Source: Sphyrna mokarran (Eukaryota). Taken from it: a stretch of 64,000 nt of DNA. Shown piece by piece: positions 26,661 to 40,500 of the stretch. Under the pieces are notes generated by a model. That model saw only the letters and a program-made list of their open reading frames with translations. It made no database searches and had not been told where the DNA came from. Position 1 is the stretch's first letter, and every line of letters starts with the position of its first letter. The DNA is taken from contig JAGIQG010000014.1 of NCBI GenBank assembly GCA_024679065.1, positions 46,996,001-47,060,000 of the forward strand, given 5' to 3'. The translations under genes were made by a program, and so were the position numbers.

Positions 26661-27589
26661 TCTGTTCAGTTGTTGAATAGTCTTCTCATTAGAGGTGGAG
26701 GAATCAAGACCACGACTCTTTCCACCGCAAGTCTGGCCCTGTGTTGTCTTGTATGATGTATTGCATTGTATATCTTTATTTGGAAAAGACAGATGACAGG
26801 TGAGGCTTGCAGTTGATTATGATTGATCAGCTGTTAGTTGTGGCGATGTGCATGAGGTGAAAGTATGGAATTTACTGTTCCATTAAAGGAGTCGTACAGA
26901 CATACATGCTGCAGAATTGGGTGATTTCTCTCATAACAAGAATGGTCAGAAATGCCTATTCTAAGTTCTGTTTTCAGAGTTGAGTGTGGCAATATCCTGG
27001 CTGGTGGACAAGGAAACTTATCTTTCCAGCTCTAGGTGAGTCATTAAATTGCTTCCTATACTTTGTGAACTGGTTGAAAAAGATTATCCAATGCCATCTC
27101 CCTCCAGACTACAGACTGGCAGGAAGTTTAAACCATTATTTTGAAATCTGTTCTTTTCTGACCCATTTTAAAACTCCAATGTCAAAAACATAGTATATGA
27201 GAATAGATTAGGGACTTTCATAAATGGGAATGCCAATGTCATAATAAAAAGGTATTCAAAGCTTGGTATCAATTGGAGATCTGAAAGAAGAAAGTTAAAG
27301 GTATGGCTGAAATATTATTGTACATTTTGCATCTGCCTTCAGTGGAGGCATGAATGCTGTTGTAATTTTTGGTTTATTCATGGGATGTGGGCCTGGTGGA
27401 CAAGACTAGCATTTTTGATTTTGAATTTTTGAATTAATTGAACTTGAATGGTGGGGCAAGCCACTCAATTTCAGAGGACAGTTAAGAGTCAACCACATTG
27501 TTGAGTCTGGAGATACATGTAGCTGGAACAGGTAAGGATGGCAGATTTCCTTTCCTAAAGGACATTAATGAACCAGATGAATAATCACA

Positions 27590-29430
27590 GTGGAGGAGGT
27601 AATAGAAAAATTTGGTAGGATCTAAATAGAGATACTTAAAAAGTTGACACAGCTCCAAGTAGACGTTGTCTGGTTCAGTCAAAATGCACTTGTGTGATGA
27701 GGGAAGTGTACATTGAAATCATGGAGGCTTTGGCCAGAATTTTCAAATAGCAGTGCAAAGGACTATAAGAATGCAAAGGTTATGCGCCTGTTCAAAAAGG
27801 GTAGAGGCATAAACCCAGCAACTACATATTATTCTACCTTATCGGTGGGAAATCTTTAGGGTTGATAAACCAAGACTAAATTAGTATGGAAAATAAACCT
27901 AAATAATGAATTCATTAAGCCAAATGGTAATTTTGTTATGTAAATATTCTAAAATATATGGCAGTAAATAAACAGAGGAAAACATTTAAAACACTTTTAA
28001 ACATTCAACAAAAATACATTTTATTGAAAAACAATCTCATTAAAAAAAAAAAGCATCCATGGCTCACTTAGGAAGTTGAAGATAGTATTAGATTTTAAAA
28101 AGTAGTTAAGAAGAGGCTTAAAATGTTTGAGAGAACAATAACAAGTCTGAGAATTGGGCATGTTTTAGAAACCAATAAAGGGTCACCAAAAAGTTGATAA
28201 AGGGAAAAATTGAATGAGAATATATTGGTCAGAAATATGGAAACATTGTAAGAATTTCTATAAATATGTAAAAGGGAAGAGATTAATGTAAATATTGGTT
28301 GTTTGAAAGCAGAAACGGGAGAAATTATCATAGGGGAAATCAGAAAATGACAGAGACCAAAAGAGAAAATGCTGGAAAATCTCAGGAGATCTGGTAACAG
28401 AGAGAAGAGCTGACATTTCGAGTCCAGATGAATCTTGTCAAAGCTCAATTTGCTCAATATCTCTGCCAGATGGCTAAAATATGAATAAATTCAGGTAATC
28501 AGTATTAACAGAAGGAAAAGTACTGAAGAAATTTAGAACAAAAATCAGAAAAATCCCCAAAACCTAGTGACCTACACCCTACAGTTCTAAAATATTTGAC
28601 TGCAAAAATAGTGATTGCACCCCAGCTGTAATTTTGAAAAATTCCTTTGATTCTGGAACACTCCCATAGGATTGCAAGTTGGCAACTGTAATGTGGCTTT
28701 TTCAGTAAAGGAGGGAGCAAGATAATGGGGAACTGCAAGCTTTATATCTTGGTGTCATTCGTTGGAGCAATGTTGGAATCTACTTTCAAGGAAATCTTAG
28801 TGCACTTAGAAAAGCATAATATGATTAGAACTCATCAACATGGCTTTATTTAAAGTTTGAATTGACACTTATTAGATTTTTAAAAAATGCAACGTGTAGG
28901 GAAAATAATGGAGAATCACTAGATGTGGAATATATGGCTTTCCAAATAGTATTCAATAAAGTGCCACAAAAAAAGCTAGACGTTTCAAACATGTGGGACC
29001 TTTTGCTTTATAAATAATAAAGTATAAAAGGAAAAGGGTTATGCTAAACTTTTTATGAATCTGTTTAAGTGCTAACTGGAAAACTATGTCCGATCCTGAA
29101 CACCATACATGAAAACGATAGGAAATTTGCAAAAATAGTAGCAGGGATTCAGGAGCTCAGTTACAATGAGTTGGAGAAATGGGCTTACTGTTTTACAGCA
29201 GAGACAAGATTCAGTCAAGGTGTTCAAAAACATGGAGTGACAGAAGGGTCAATATTAAGATCTCACATTTAAGTTGATTAGCAAAGAAAAACCAGAAGGG
29301 AGATGAGTTTTTTCTACTTTATTGTTGCGATCTAGAATGTATTGTGCATAGGATGCTCGAAGCAGACTCAATAGCAACCGGAAACGAAATACTTGAAGGG
29401 GAAAGATGTGTAGGGTTGGGAACATTAGAT
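27590..29430 (+). mobile_element. Decayed CR1 ORF2 fragments with short nested elements
   Basis: ctgttcaaaaaggg..aaacccagcaactac (LFKKG..PSNY), aaatccccaaaacctagtgacctacaccc (degenerate KSPGPD..HP), caacatggcttt (QHGF). Confidence 0.6.
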
Positions 29431-29577
29431 TAGTCTTTTTATTGAAATTGAGGCTTTGGTAAACATTAGAATTTTACTTTGAATGAAAATTTTGTGAAGT
29501 TAGGCATCACTTACAGGAGTATAAGTTTGTGACTGTTGTGCTGTTAATTTGCAATTGAATTGTTGACTTTTTTTCAG

Positions 29578-29680
29578 GTTCCCAGAGTACCAGTGCAAGC
29601 ACTCGCAATGGTAGTTCCACCCCAGGAACCTGACCAGTCTCCAGCAAATGTTGGAGCTACGCTTTCTGTCATTAATAAAG
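29578..29680 (+). CDS. ANKHD1: ANKHD1 exon ~14 (103 nt): VPRVPVQALAMVVPPQEPDQSPANVGATLSVINK
   Basis: ttcag|GTT, AAAG|gtgagg. Confidence 0.93.
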
Positions 29681-32600
29681 GTGAGGGTCTCTTGTTTTCT
29701 TATTAGTTGAGGGAGGAAGTTGATGTGTTTTTCTGTGGATTTTAAGTGTATAGTTTCCTTCCCAATTACCATCCCTTAAGGGCCTGAGTCTAAAACGACA
29801 CTGAAGGAAGCATGAAGGAACATGTAGGAATTGTACCTAACAACTCATTTGATTTCATAAATTAAGCACATGATTTCATTTGAGGCAAGTTTAATTCCTA
29901 ATTTTATTTTTGTTGCATAGATTATCTAGGATTTGTTGTGTATTCAGTTCAAACACTACTTGTGCCCCTTGACAGTCAAGATTTTCTGCCTCTTACGGTT
30001 TTAATCACTTTTCATGGATTGTCACCTAGCTAATGGCAGGGAACTGGTTTAGGTAGATTTTATGTCTAATTCCTAAAGCTAGAGTTCTAGGGTGAAAATT
30101 TTCATGGCCATGGCAATCAGTGTTAGAAAATGCCAATTTATTTTGCTTTTTGAGGTGAGAGAATAGGGAATGTTTTGGTTGAGAAAGACATACCATTGAT
30201 ATTTTAGCATATAGTCATGATTTCTATTTATAAGGGTTTTAGCTGAGACCAGAAAGCTGTGTTTAAAAAAAAAAAGCTTGATTCTCGTGTCTCTAAAATG
30301 ATTCTTAAGGCCATTACAGCATGTATATTGGCTGCTTGGGTGGCCCACAGAGTAAGCAAAATATTGGTCTTGAGAAATGTGTAGTGTAGTTTGTAGCTTC
30401 ACATACAATCGATGTTCTAAAGCTGAGAGAAATTGCATTCCTAGATCATTTTAATGTAGTGCCTCACACAGTTCCCATGAGGAAGCTAGAAGCTGAGAGA
30501 GTACATAAGATGTGTACTCCAAATCCAAGATTCATAACAAAGTTAGTTAAGAAATTCACTGAACTACTTTGCCTAATAAGGAGTCAAGTATAATCACTCT
30601 TGCCCATTTCATGCAGTGTCGCATTCAATGTTTTGTAAAATGACTGTAGTGCTTTTCAAGAATTGCTGTGCCTTCCAGGCATTGCTGAAAGAATTAGTTT
30701 ACTTTTATAAAGATGATCTCTTGTGATGTTGATGAATTTGTGAATTTATCTGGGGATACAATCTGCTTTACTTAAACAATGTTGAACCATGGGTTGACCA
30801 ACACCTTTTACATTAGCAGATACCTCTAAGAGCAGTATTATGACTGAGGTTTGGCCCTCTTTGCTCTTTGATATAAATACTGGCCTCATTGATGTCAACT
30901 TGATCAGGTCTGTAGTGAGGAAAAGTATTGAACATTGGATCTAATGACCTCAAAATCCCATGCCTAATAAAGCTTATGGATATTTGAGGTGTATCCTGAA
31001 AGTTTGTCATGTTTTCACCCCCCTACATGTGCAAAAGAAGGATTTCCTTTGGTTCACTTGAGAAATTCAGATCTCATAGGTGGATTTGTGGCATAAAGGG
31101 GACATAGTTACTTCAAGGAATTTTTGTCTTACGTTAAGTACTTTGGAGGTGGAATAATAATTGTTGCAGAAAGGAATTCTGCCAGAACTGTTAAATGAAG
31201 GCCTAGATTTAGCAGTTGATGAGGAAGTCTGGTACATAATATTGGATTTAGATATCTACAATATCAAAATGGTATGCATGTTACCAGCTGTCCTACATAT
31301 TTCCTTCCGCATAATGAAAGCAAGTGACAGTGGCTAAGGAGGAAACTGAGACCTCCATCTTCAATAACTTTCTCAAAATCCATTTGTTCAACCAAACTGT
31401 AATCACTTCTATCATCTTGGCTCAATCATTTTTCTTTGACCACCTGTAAGCTTTGGAACATTTCATCACATTGAAGATTCTATAAAATACAAGATTGTTG
31501 TTGAAAGGAAATGCATTTTTGTATGTCCAAAACTTATACCCACCATGGTTTGTTTTGTAGTGAGGCAAGCAGTTAATATTGAAGTTTTGCACCTCAAATT
31601 GAGGTATGGTGCTCATGCTATAATCAGGCAAACAGTGGCATTACATTGTCAAATTTACTATTCACCATGCTGCTCTCTGGTGTCAGCTGAATTGTAGGGA
31701 GTTATCAAGTCTGCACTTGTCAGTGCTCAACCAAAGATGATCCTCCTTGGGAAGGTTTTAAGAAAAGATAACTAGGATGTCTTTGTTTCTGATGTGATGA
31801 TCCTTGTGGTGGAAAATGGAAAAGGATCAAGCATCCATTCCTGATTTAGTAATTCAATACCTGGAGTCTAATTGATTTCCAGTTGGCATAGCTGATGTTT
31901 GACCAACAAGCCCAGCTGCTGAGAGGCCTGTTTTGGAGGTGGGCAGCGATTCAGTTTTACATAGCACAATATAAAAAGTTGCCGCCTTTGGGTAGTATTC
32001 CTACCTTGACAGCTGGAGGAAACTTACCATGCTCTGTCCTGGTAAGATATGTAGCACTGGCACAATGTTTAGGCTAAGAGGAAAGCTTGGGAGGGTATCC
32101 TCCAAAAATCTGTGTATTTAGGCCATTACAGCGTTTCCCTACAATGTTCAGCTATATCCTATGAAAATGCCAGTGTGGATTCCTCAATAGCATGATTTAA
32201 AGCTGTAACCTTGGTAGTGAGTTTCAGTGTATATCAGGGTACACAGCCATTAAAAAAAATTGAAGATTTTCAAAGTTTGATTTAGTCTTAGAAATATTAT
32301 ATTTTATGACAACTCCCAAATGTGGTCTAATGTGTATCTCAGTATTTAAGGATTTAAAACCAGATAAAAGATTATTTTAAAAGTTTGAGTTGAGTGAGAG
32401 AAACATACAAAAGATAGCAAGTGGATTTAATATTTACTAGAATTATTATTTCTAATACTAGCTAATTGTTATTTTGGAATGCTTTAATATCTGAATTCAT
32501 ATTAAACTTTGCAGTAATAAGCTATCCTTCTCTATGTATCAACATAGCCAACAACTAGGGACTCCTTCCTTAAAGGAAAGCTGAAGACACTGCAGCAATT

Positions 32601-35189
32601 CCGTTGGTGATCTGAATGACCTCTGATCATCTGAAGGGATTGTTCAAAGTGGCTCCATGCTAACTTAAGCGCTTGCTTTTGTAGGTGAGGATGGTGATTA
32701 GTGTATGAAGTATTTTTGCAGGTGTCTGGCTGGAATTGTAAGCGAAGATGTGGCATATGAGATCAACTACTGCAACGCCTGCTAACTAACGGCAGGAGGT
32801 CTGCTATTGCAAAATTCTATAGTCAGAATTTTTTCTGGAAGCAGAAACCAATGCTGCCATAAAAATTTTCAAATGATTAGAACAATGGTAATTGAGACTC
32901 CATTGTAATGCACTACTCTATCTAGCCTAACTTTTTAAAAAATATCTTTGATATGTAACTTACTGTTAACAAATATCTGCTGGGATTGAAATCAATGAAG
33001 AGTTGTCCTTTTCTAGTTGACTGTTTTAAGCTGCTTTAACAGGCTGATGTCTGCAGCTGTCTTTATTGCGAAGTACATAATTTTAAACTAGATTAACTAG
33101 CAATGTAGGAATGTATTTAACTGTTGCAAAAAGTAACCTTTTCACATTAAAAGAATTCTCAAGTAATTGAAATATTTTGTTAGCGTTTTCTGGGGATATA
33201 CAAGTTGCTTAGCCTGTACCACTAATGGTCCAGACTTAAAGAAATAATGCTTAAAGCATATCCATCTACATAAATTACATTTTAAGACTTGGATCGCAAA
33301 TTTTGCTACTTCCATTTTATTGTACTAATATTATTAGTGTTGCCATTTCTCTAGGTGCAGCAACCCCAATCAGGACCCAGTTTCAAAAAAACAAGTAGAC
33401 AAGTTTTGCTGATCCCAGCAGGTTTAGTTAAAGATTGTCATCTGGTTCATGAGATCTGTGCTTTGGAATTTCTAAAACTATTAGAGTAATAATGCAACAA
33501 TAAGAAAGTAGATGTTCAAGTCATTAAGCAATGATCAACATAATGCCCTTTCAGTGTTAATTTAGGATATCCAATTTTTAAACAATGGAATAGAAGCATT
33601 ATCACCAGCATCCTGTTAGTCACAGCCTTTTCTCAAATAAATTGCTTGAAATAAATTTAGCTAAATATATAAATAAATCCAGAATTGTTTAGAAAATCCT
33701 AATCTTGGTCAACATTATGAATAATGTTACTAATTTACTGGTGTAAATTTTCCTTGCATCTAGTTTTTGATGCATAGTAAGCAGGTGACTGTAACTTTAA
33801 AATATCTTTTTAAAAATTGAGACAATGGAAATGAGCTGTTGTATTTTCATCAACTTCTCACAATTTTAAAATGACTTTGATATCAGTACTTATACAATGA
33901 ACGAACTGGCCACTATCTACTGTGCCACTCTTTGTTAGCCAATTTCAGTCACTTTTTTTTGGATTATTATATGATTGACATTAAATGTTATATGCTGGAG
34001 AAAAAAATAGAATAAATTAGTAGCTAACACTTACTATTGCCCTGTTGTTGAATTAGTTTAACAAAAATGCAGCTAATTTTGAAAAAATATATTGATAGTA
34101 AAATTAATATTACTGAAAAAATTAAGTAATTCCAGTAGATAACTGAACTTCTGGACTATTATCTAATCTTTTAGTTGTAAAAAGTTTCTTTTGTTTAAAA
34201 CATCCAGTTTTCATCACAATATAGCATTGCTCCAAAATGAAAATGCAATTTTTCTGTGAAAGGCCACTTTGTTATATAATCAAAGGATGTCTGGAAGAGA
34301 ATTGCAATCCAAATTTGTTTTGGATCACAGTTCAAGGGGTGTTGTTTTCATGAAAAATGATACACCAATCCTTTTTGTCATTTGTGTAAGCACAGCATAA
34401 AAGTCATCACATTTGTATGTATTGTTGTGGCAAATGATGTAGTGTTCTTTTTACCAGATGCTTTTGCATGAGGATCGTGTCTTGTAAAACAGAACACTTT
34501 CATTTTCTAAGAAAGCAAAATTCCATAAGAAAGTTGCTTACTTGCCTCATTGAGGGTAGCTAGTTGTTAATTGGCCACACACACTGGTATTAGGTCTTAC
34601 AAACCCAGTGTAAGTAGGCATTGCATATCCTTGTTTAAAAGTAGCTATTTTAAAATGTTTAAAAATCCCTTTCTCCAGACAGCTGAATCTTGTGTGCTGT
34701 CCTGCTTTTTGCTTTGACACTGATTTAAGTCTCATTTTTCTGACAAGTTTTAAAAGTTTTTGAAGATTTCTTTCTCCTGAACCATACAAGGATAGTCAAT
34801 TAATAGATTGTTTTAAATTTCCAACAGACCAATTCATTTCTATAGATTTTGAATTTGAGAACTAAGACCAAAGCTTCAGTATCCTCCTTGTTTTTTTGGT
34901 TTGCTGTTTGTAATACATTTTGGCTGTTTTCAAACTGTCCATGATGTGCCTGCTCACTGTTCCTCCCTCCTCCTTACACCACCAAAAAAAATTGACACTT
35001 TTCAAAAATTAGGCTTAAGCATCTTTAATTTTTATTACTGACTAAAGGTCTTTTGTGTTGGGATAATTTTAATATGTTCAATTTTATGCCTTTTCTGAAG
35101 AAGATTGTTCATTCTAGGTTGTAATTGAGTTCAGGTTCCATCTGTAGTCTTGTCCATGCAGTGGCTTTCTCTGAGCATATATTTATGTT

Positions 35190-35600
35190 GTGCCTTTAGC
35201 CTAGCTAAGGCACCCAGGGTGCTTCACAGGAGCGTTGTGAAACAGAATTTGACAGTCAAGTAGGGAAATGTATAGGGACAGATGATTTTTAAAAGTAATA
35301 GATTTTAAGGAGTTTAGGGGAGAAGGGAGAGAGGCAAAGAAGTTTAGGGAAGTTATTTCAAAGCCTGCAGCTCAAGAAATGGTGGAATGATCGGAAACAT
35401 ATTGGAATTGGAGGATTGTAGGGTTAAAGTGGTGCTGAGGTAGGAACTGGTGAGTCATGGAAGCACTCCATAACAAGAATTTTAAAATAGAGGTGTTGCT
35501 GGATCAAGAAGCAATGTAGGGCATTGAGTGTGTGATGGGTGAAAGGGATAGACGTTGAGATGTGATATGGATAGAAGTAGATATGTCAATACACTTTTTA
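35190..35600 (-). mobile_element. L2-like 3' fragment
   Basis: gtgcttcacaggagc terminal motif and purine-rich body resembling 53950-54780. Confidence 0.5.
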
Positions 35601-36768
35601 ATTTGTGAGAGCTATTAAAGATGAGTTTAATCCTGCCCGTACCCAATGTTTCAACATTATCCAGTGACCCTTGTTGAGAAATAATCAGGAATGGCAATTC
35701 TGTCTATATTTCCTTGCCCTAGCCCCAAGATCGTAGCCTTCCTGCTGTTCCGGCCGAGATCAACTAAAAGACTATGAAATAAGCTTTCTTTGTTCAGTAT
35801 CACCAGGAGTTTTATTGGATGAAACTGTGGAATTATTGAGGGAAATTTACCTGTCAACTTGAAATAGCCTTTTGTGAAAAATTAATTTGGAAATCATAAA
35901 TATTTGCATATTGAAAGTTCATTAGCATCTTGTTGTTTTGTGGTGTCAGCATATGGACAATGCTGAGAGGTTATAGTATTGAAAATTCATGTATGATTTC
36001 TGTTGTACAATTCCTTAAAAAGAAATCTGGAGAAACATGGAACAATTTTTTGAAATGTTACAAACATGAATCAATTATTGTAATTATCCAATTGTTAATG
36101 AGATTTACCAAGTATAATTCAAAATGAAAAATAGATTGCAGAATTTTAAGTATTATTATTGGAAAATTTTGGAAAAAGTTCCTTCAGATAGCCATTTTTA
36201 GTAGTATCCTGTAACATTTAGTCTAGGTCTTTAACAGAAATGGTCCAAGTGTAAATGATTAAATATGATTTGGAAAATTTGAATTTTTACAGTTGAATTA
36301 TTTGGCAATTTTTTAGTTGTCCTTTGAGCCACTTAAGTTCGACTTAGATAATTCTTGTTCCCAAATATTAAACTTCAATAGATGTAGCATTCTAACATGG
36401 GAATGCATATTTGCTTAGATTAGAGTATTATTATAATATTTTTAATGTTGGTTAGCCATCTTGCTATTTTTGTATCTCTGCCCTATATCCAAGCTTAACA
36501 TTTTCTAGAAATACCATGAAGGAGATACTATTTAATGTAATTTTTTTCCTTTCCCTCTTCCTCTCTGACAAAAAAAACATGACATAATTTCAGATAACCC
36601 TACAAAAGTGATATCTGGAATACAAATACTTCATTAGATTAAACAAAGCAAATGTAGAATAGTTTATGTTCAGTGCTAGACTGAATAAAAGCCACAAAGT
36701 TTACACTGGTTTCACATGGGTAAGTAATTTTTGCATGGCATTTTTTCAAACATTTTTCGTGTGCTTAG

Positions 36769-37509
36769 GTACATCCAAGCAGAAGTCCAGTCCCCTGCAG
36801 GTAGCGGAACAGGATGTCCAGCCCTTCCACGAGTACCAGCCTTTAGAATGCATTGTGGAAGAGACGGAAGGCAAGCTGACAGAGCTGGGACAAAGAATTA
36901 ACGCAATTGAGAAGGCACAATTGAAGTCACTAGAATTGATTCAGGGAGACACTTTAACCAAAGACAAGATAGAAGAACTAAAAAAGAGCAGAGAAGAGCA
37001 AGTCCAGAAGAAGAAAAAGATTTTGAAAGAGCTGCAAAAAGTTGAAAGGGAATTGCAGCTGAAAACTCAGCAGCAGTTTACCAAAGAGTACTTGGAAGCC
37101 AAGGGTCAACAGCAGACACTTCAGCTCCAGCAACAACAGCAGCAATGTCCACAAGGAGGACTGTTCCCCCAGGTGGGGACTGGTGACTGTCTGCCAGAGG
37201 AAGACTTTTCAAAGTTGCCTCAGGTGGACACCATCTTGCACAGAGATGGCCAGCAGCAGCCACCTGCAACCCAAATGGGGTTTGTTCCTATCCAACCTTT
37301 AGCAACACAAGTGTCTCCAAACTTTACTAGTTCTGTTTATCCTATCACTAACGTACCTGATCTACAGCGAGTAATTGTGAACCAGCCTTTGTTAGGACAG
37401 GCACAACTTGCTGGACTTGGACAGGGACTCTTAGCTCAAGCACCTGATGGATTAATGGTTGCAACTCCAGCACAGACGCTAACTGACACTCTTGATGACA
37501 TCATGGCAG
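36769..37509 (+). CDS. ANKHD1: ANKHD1 exon ~15 (741 nt): coiled-coil and Q-rich linker GTSKQK...TLDDIMA
   Basis: cttag|GT, CAG|gtgggt; ORF 36666..37568; YQPLECIVEETEGKL and REEQVQKKKKILKELQKVER motifs. Confidence 0.95.
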
Positions 37510-40500
37510 GTGGGTTAAGAATTGGTCAACTTTACCTTTTACTTTTGCTCACATCTACTAGCTTTTAGGTACAAATGGACTTTTTGTTAGATCCATTGAG
37601 ACACTGAACTATAACAGCACACTAATGCTTTAATCAAACTATTGCAATAGCAAGGCTGTTTAAGCCAACTGACTAATGCCATACCTTTTCAAATAGTTCT
37701 TGATTTTTAAAATGTATGTGTTGGAAGTGCAGAGAAGGTAATCATCTGAAAGAGAAAATAAGCCTAATGTTTTAACTGTTCATCACAACTAAAGAGCCCT
37801 TCTGAGAACCAAATCTCAACTGTTAACTTTTCTATCAGATGCTTGTTAACTTGCTGTGCATTGTCAGCACTTTTAATTCAGATTTCATGTTCTTTAATTT
37901 TTTCATTGACACTTTTATTTTATAAGATGAAAAATAGTGGGCTTGAAATCACAAACATTAACTTGAAAATGCAATCCGTTTATTTTTGCTAAAAATGGAC
38001 ATGTTTTGCCATTCACATATAAATGCATGGGGCAGGATCTCAATTTTGACTACCCTTTTGCCCCTTTGACCTTTTTAATGTGGTAATTTTGTAACTGCCT
38101 ATCATTTTTATTAATCATAGTTTAATCCTCATGAAGTTGAAAGAGTATCCTACAACTTGGACAGTTTTATTTCACGCTTTGTCACCACGAAGCCAGTGCC
38201 TCTGAGTAATGTAATCTGGGACATACAGCTGTAGTTAAATTGGAATAAATCTGGGATTCAACTTCGAATATGAAACAATTCCAAGGAAACTATTTCGCAC
38301 CTATGGCTTTGTACCAGCTTAAACCTGGCTGCCAAAAACTAGTTTAAAAATACAGTATTTTATCTTTTATTTACCAGCTGTTTGTCTTATTGTAGAGTGA
38401 ACAGTGAAGCTCATTTACTCTCTAATTGCAGGTACTACCATTAAACAATATAAATGGAGCACTTCCATTAAAAGTTAAAAATCAAAAACTATCTATTTAT
38501 ATACCAAAACTGAGCCTCTTGTTTCTTATAAAGCTGATCTTCTTCAAGAACTCTTATAAGGTATTACCATCTTCTAATCCAAATGCTTTTTTCCTAAAAA
38601 AAAATGATCTTAAATGAATCGATTCTAACTCTCACTTCTGAGTTATCCATTTTATGAAGGGCTAAGCAACTATGTAATTTTATAAAATGGACAAAAATTT
38701 AAAGCATTGTTTCATCAAAGTGATCCTAGCCTTAAGAGTTAAGGTAGTTTGTCATTTGATGGAAGATCTTGTTTGGAAATAAGTTTTTTTTGTCAACTGT
38801 GGTGAATACTTTTAGTATTATGACATTGAATTACTTACTAGTGAAAATGTCAGAAGTTAGCTGTTTTTTAGTAGTGGTGGTGTGCGTAAATATGAAAAAT
38901 TTAATGTTTATAAAATTTTGCAGAAGGTAGATTGGAGTCAACTTGATGCTAATTGAAATTTTTAGGCCATATCTTCTAATATGCTAATTTCAAGTGTACA
39001 AGCAGAAAATAATTGAAATAAATTATCACAGTGATGAACTTTTCTAGATCCATAAATGTGGTTCTCTAATATCTGATTATATTTAGTATTTGAAAAAATT
39101 TTGGTTCAAAATTCTGATTAGAATTTGTAAATGGATATTTTTGGAAAGCTGCTGAATAGTTTAGTCATAAGGAATGAAGTTTGCTTCTCAGATTTAATTG
39201 GATTTTAGTTCTAAACAGCGCGTAAGACTCAATCTTAGTGAATTTTTAGTGAGCTCTTAGTTGGCCGATGGTAGATGTTTGTAGTTTATTTTTGTGCTGT
39301 TGCTGCAATGGTAAATTATAATAGTGGCACCTAGTGGTAGTATGATGACATCCGAGGATTTTGTTCTAAGCAACATGTCTTTCATAACAGAATAAAAATG
39401 CAGCCAGTCACTGAGCAGAGTTAGGCCTAATCTCTTGTAATTTTGTGTAGCTCTCTACACACTAAATGTGTTGTGAATCTGTTAATATGGGGTGAAAGTT
39501 GAGAAAGTGAGTTATGATTTTTAAATTCTAATTCTCCCAATAAAAGGCAATTTCCTTTTGATAGCTGAATTACATTATTTGCAGAAACTTGGCATGGATA
39601 CCAGTTACTCTTCAAAAGTTTACTTTTTGCTCCGCCAGGAGAGGTGAGACTCCTTCCCTCCTATGGAGATGAGATTATCACTTTAAAGTATTTGTTCTCT
39701 TTCTTGCATTGTCCTGTACCATTCACTATCTGCAAATAGGAAAGCTGAGATCAGCAATTGCAAGTCGTACTAACGATTCTGGGTAGGTAAAGATGAAGAC
39801 AGAATACAGTTCCTTTTTTAATTGTTCTGATTAACTGGACTTGAAATTGAATTAAATTCAAAATGGATTAATCCCTTTTTCAAAATCTGTAGTCTGCATT
39901 AAAACACTCCCAGATCAGGTGTAGCACAAACAGATTAGAATAAGCCTTCCATCATCCTGTTTGTCAGCCTTGACCACAGAAGAACACACATTGCTTTTAA
40001 CGGTGTGATACTTCCTATGCCACTGATCTAAGTTTTTTCTTGAGATTGCTATATTTGGGTAAAATTTTGTACTATGGTTTCTGTCAACTTTGAATTTGGA
40101 TAGATGCTGCTTAAACTAATTTCACACAGGATCATTATCGCGAACTGCAAAGGAGAATTTTTCATCCCATCAGTCTGGAGCTGGACTTGAAGTCAGTTTC
40201 TAAAGTTCAAAAACAGATTTTATTCACTATTATCCCTCTTTGCCTATCTCATTACTATTCAAGAGGCAAAATTAAACTAGCCTTTATTCTGGCATGTAAT
40301 TACTGTTGTGATTTGTTTGCTGGAAAATGCATGCTTTGATGATTATTCCTACCATACACATGCACTTGTAGAAAAAGACTTGCACGTTCTGTCCAGACTT
40401 GAGTACAAAGAATGGTCACTTAATTGAAAATTCAGGACTGTTTGCCTGGTTTGGAGCAATGGATATCACCCTGAACAGGAAGTGTTCTGAAGGTTGTTTA

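Noticed and set aside
30650-31950. Possible L1/Tx1-like remnant
   Set aside because: Only faint motif resemblance and the motif order is inconsistent; not supportable by eye
36666-37568. 300-aa ORF as a single-exon gene
   Set aside because: It is ANKHD1 exon ~15 plus read-through into flanking introns; splice sites and phases fit
39342-39414. Possible intronic C/D box snoRNA (ATGATGA ... CTGA, 73 nt)
   Set aside because: No convincing terminal stem, no clear C'/D' boxes, and no rRNA/snRNA antisense element I can recognise; such motif pairs arise by chance in AT-rich DNA
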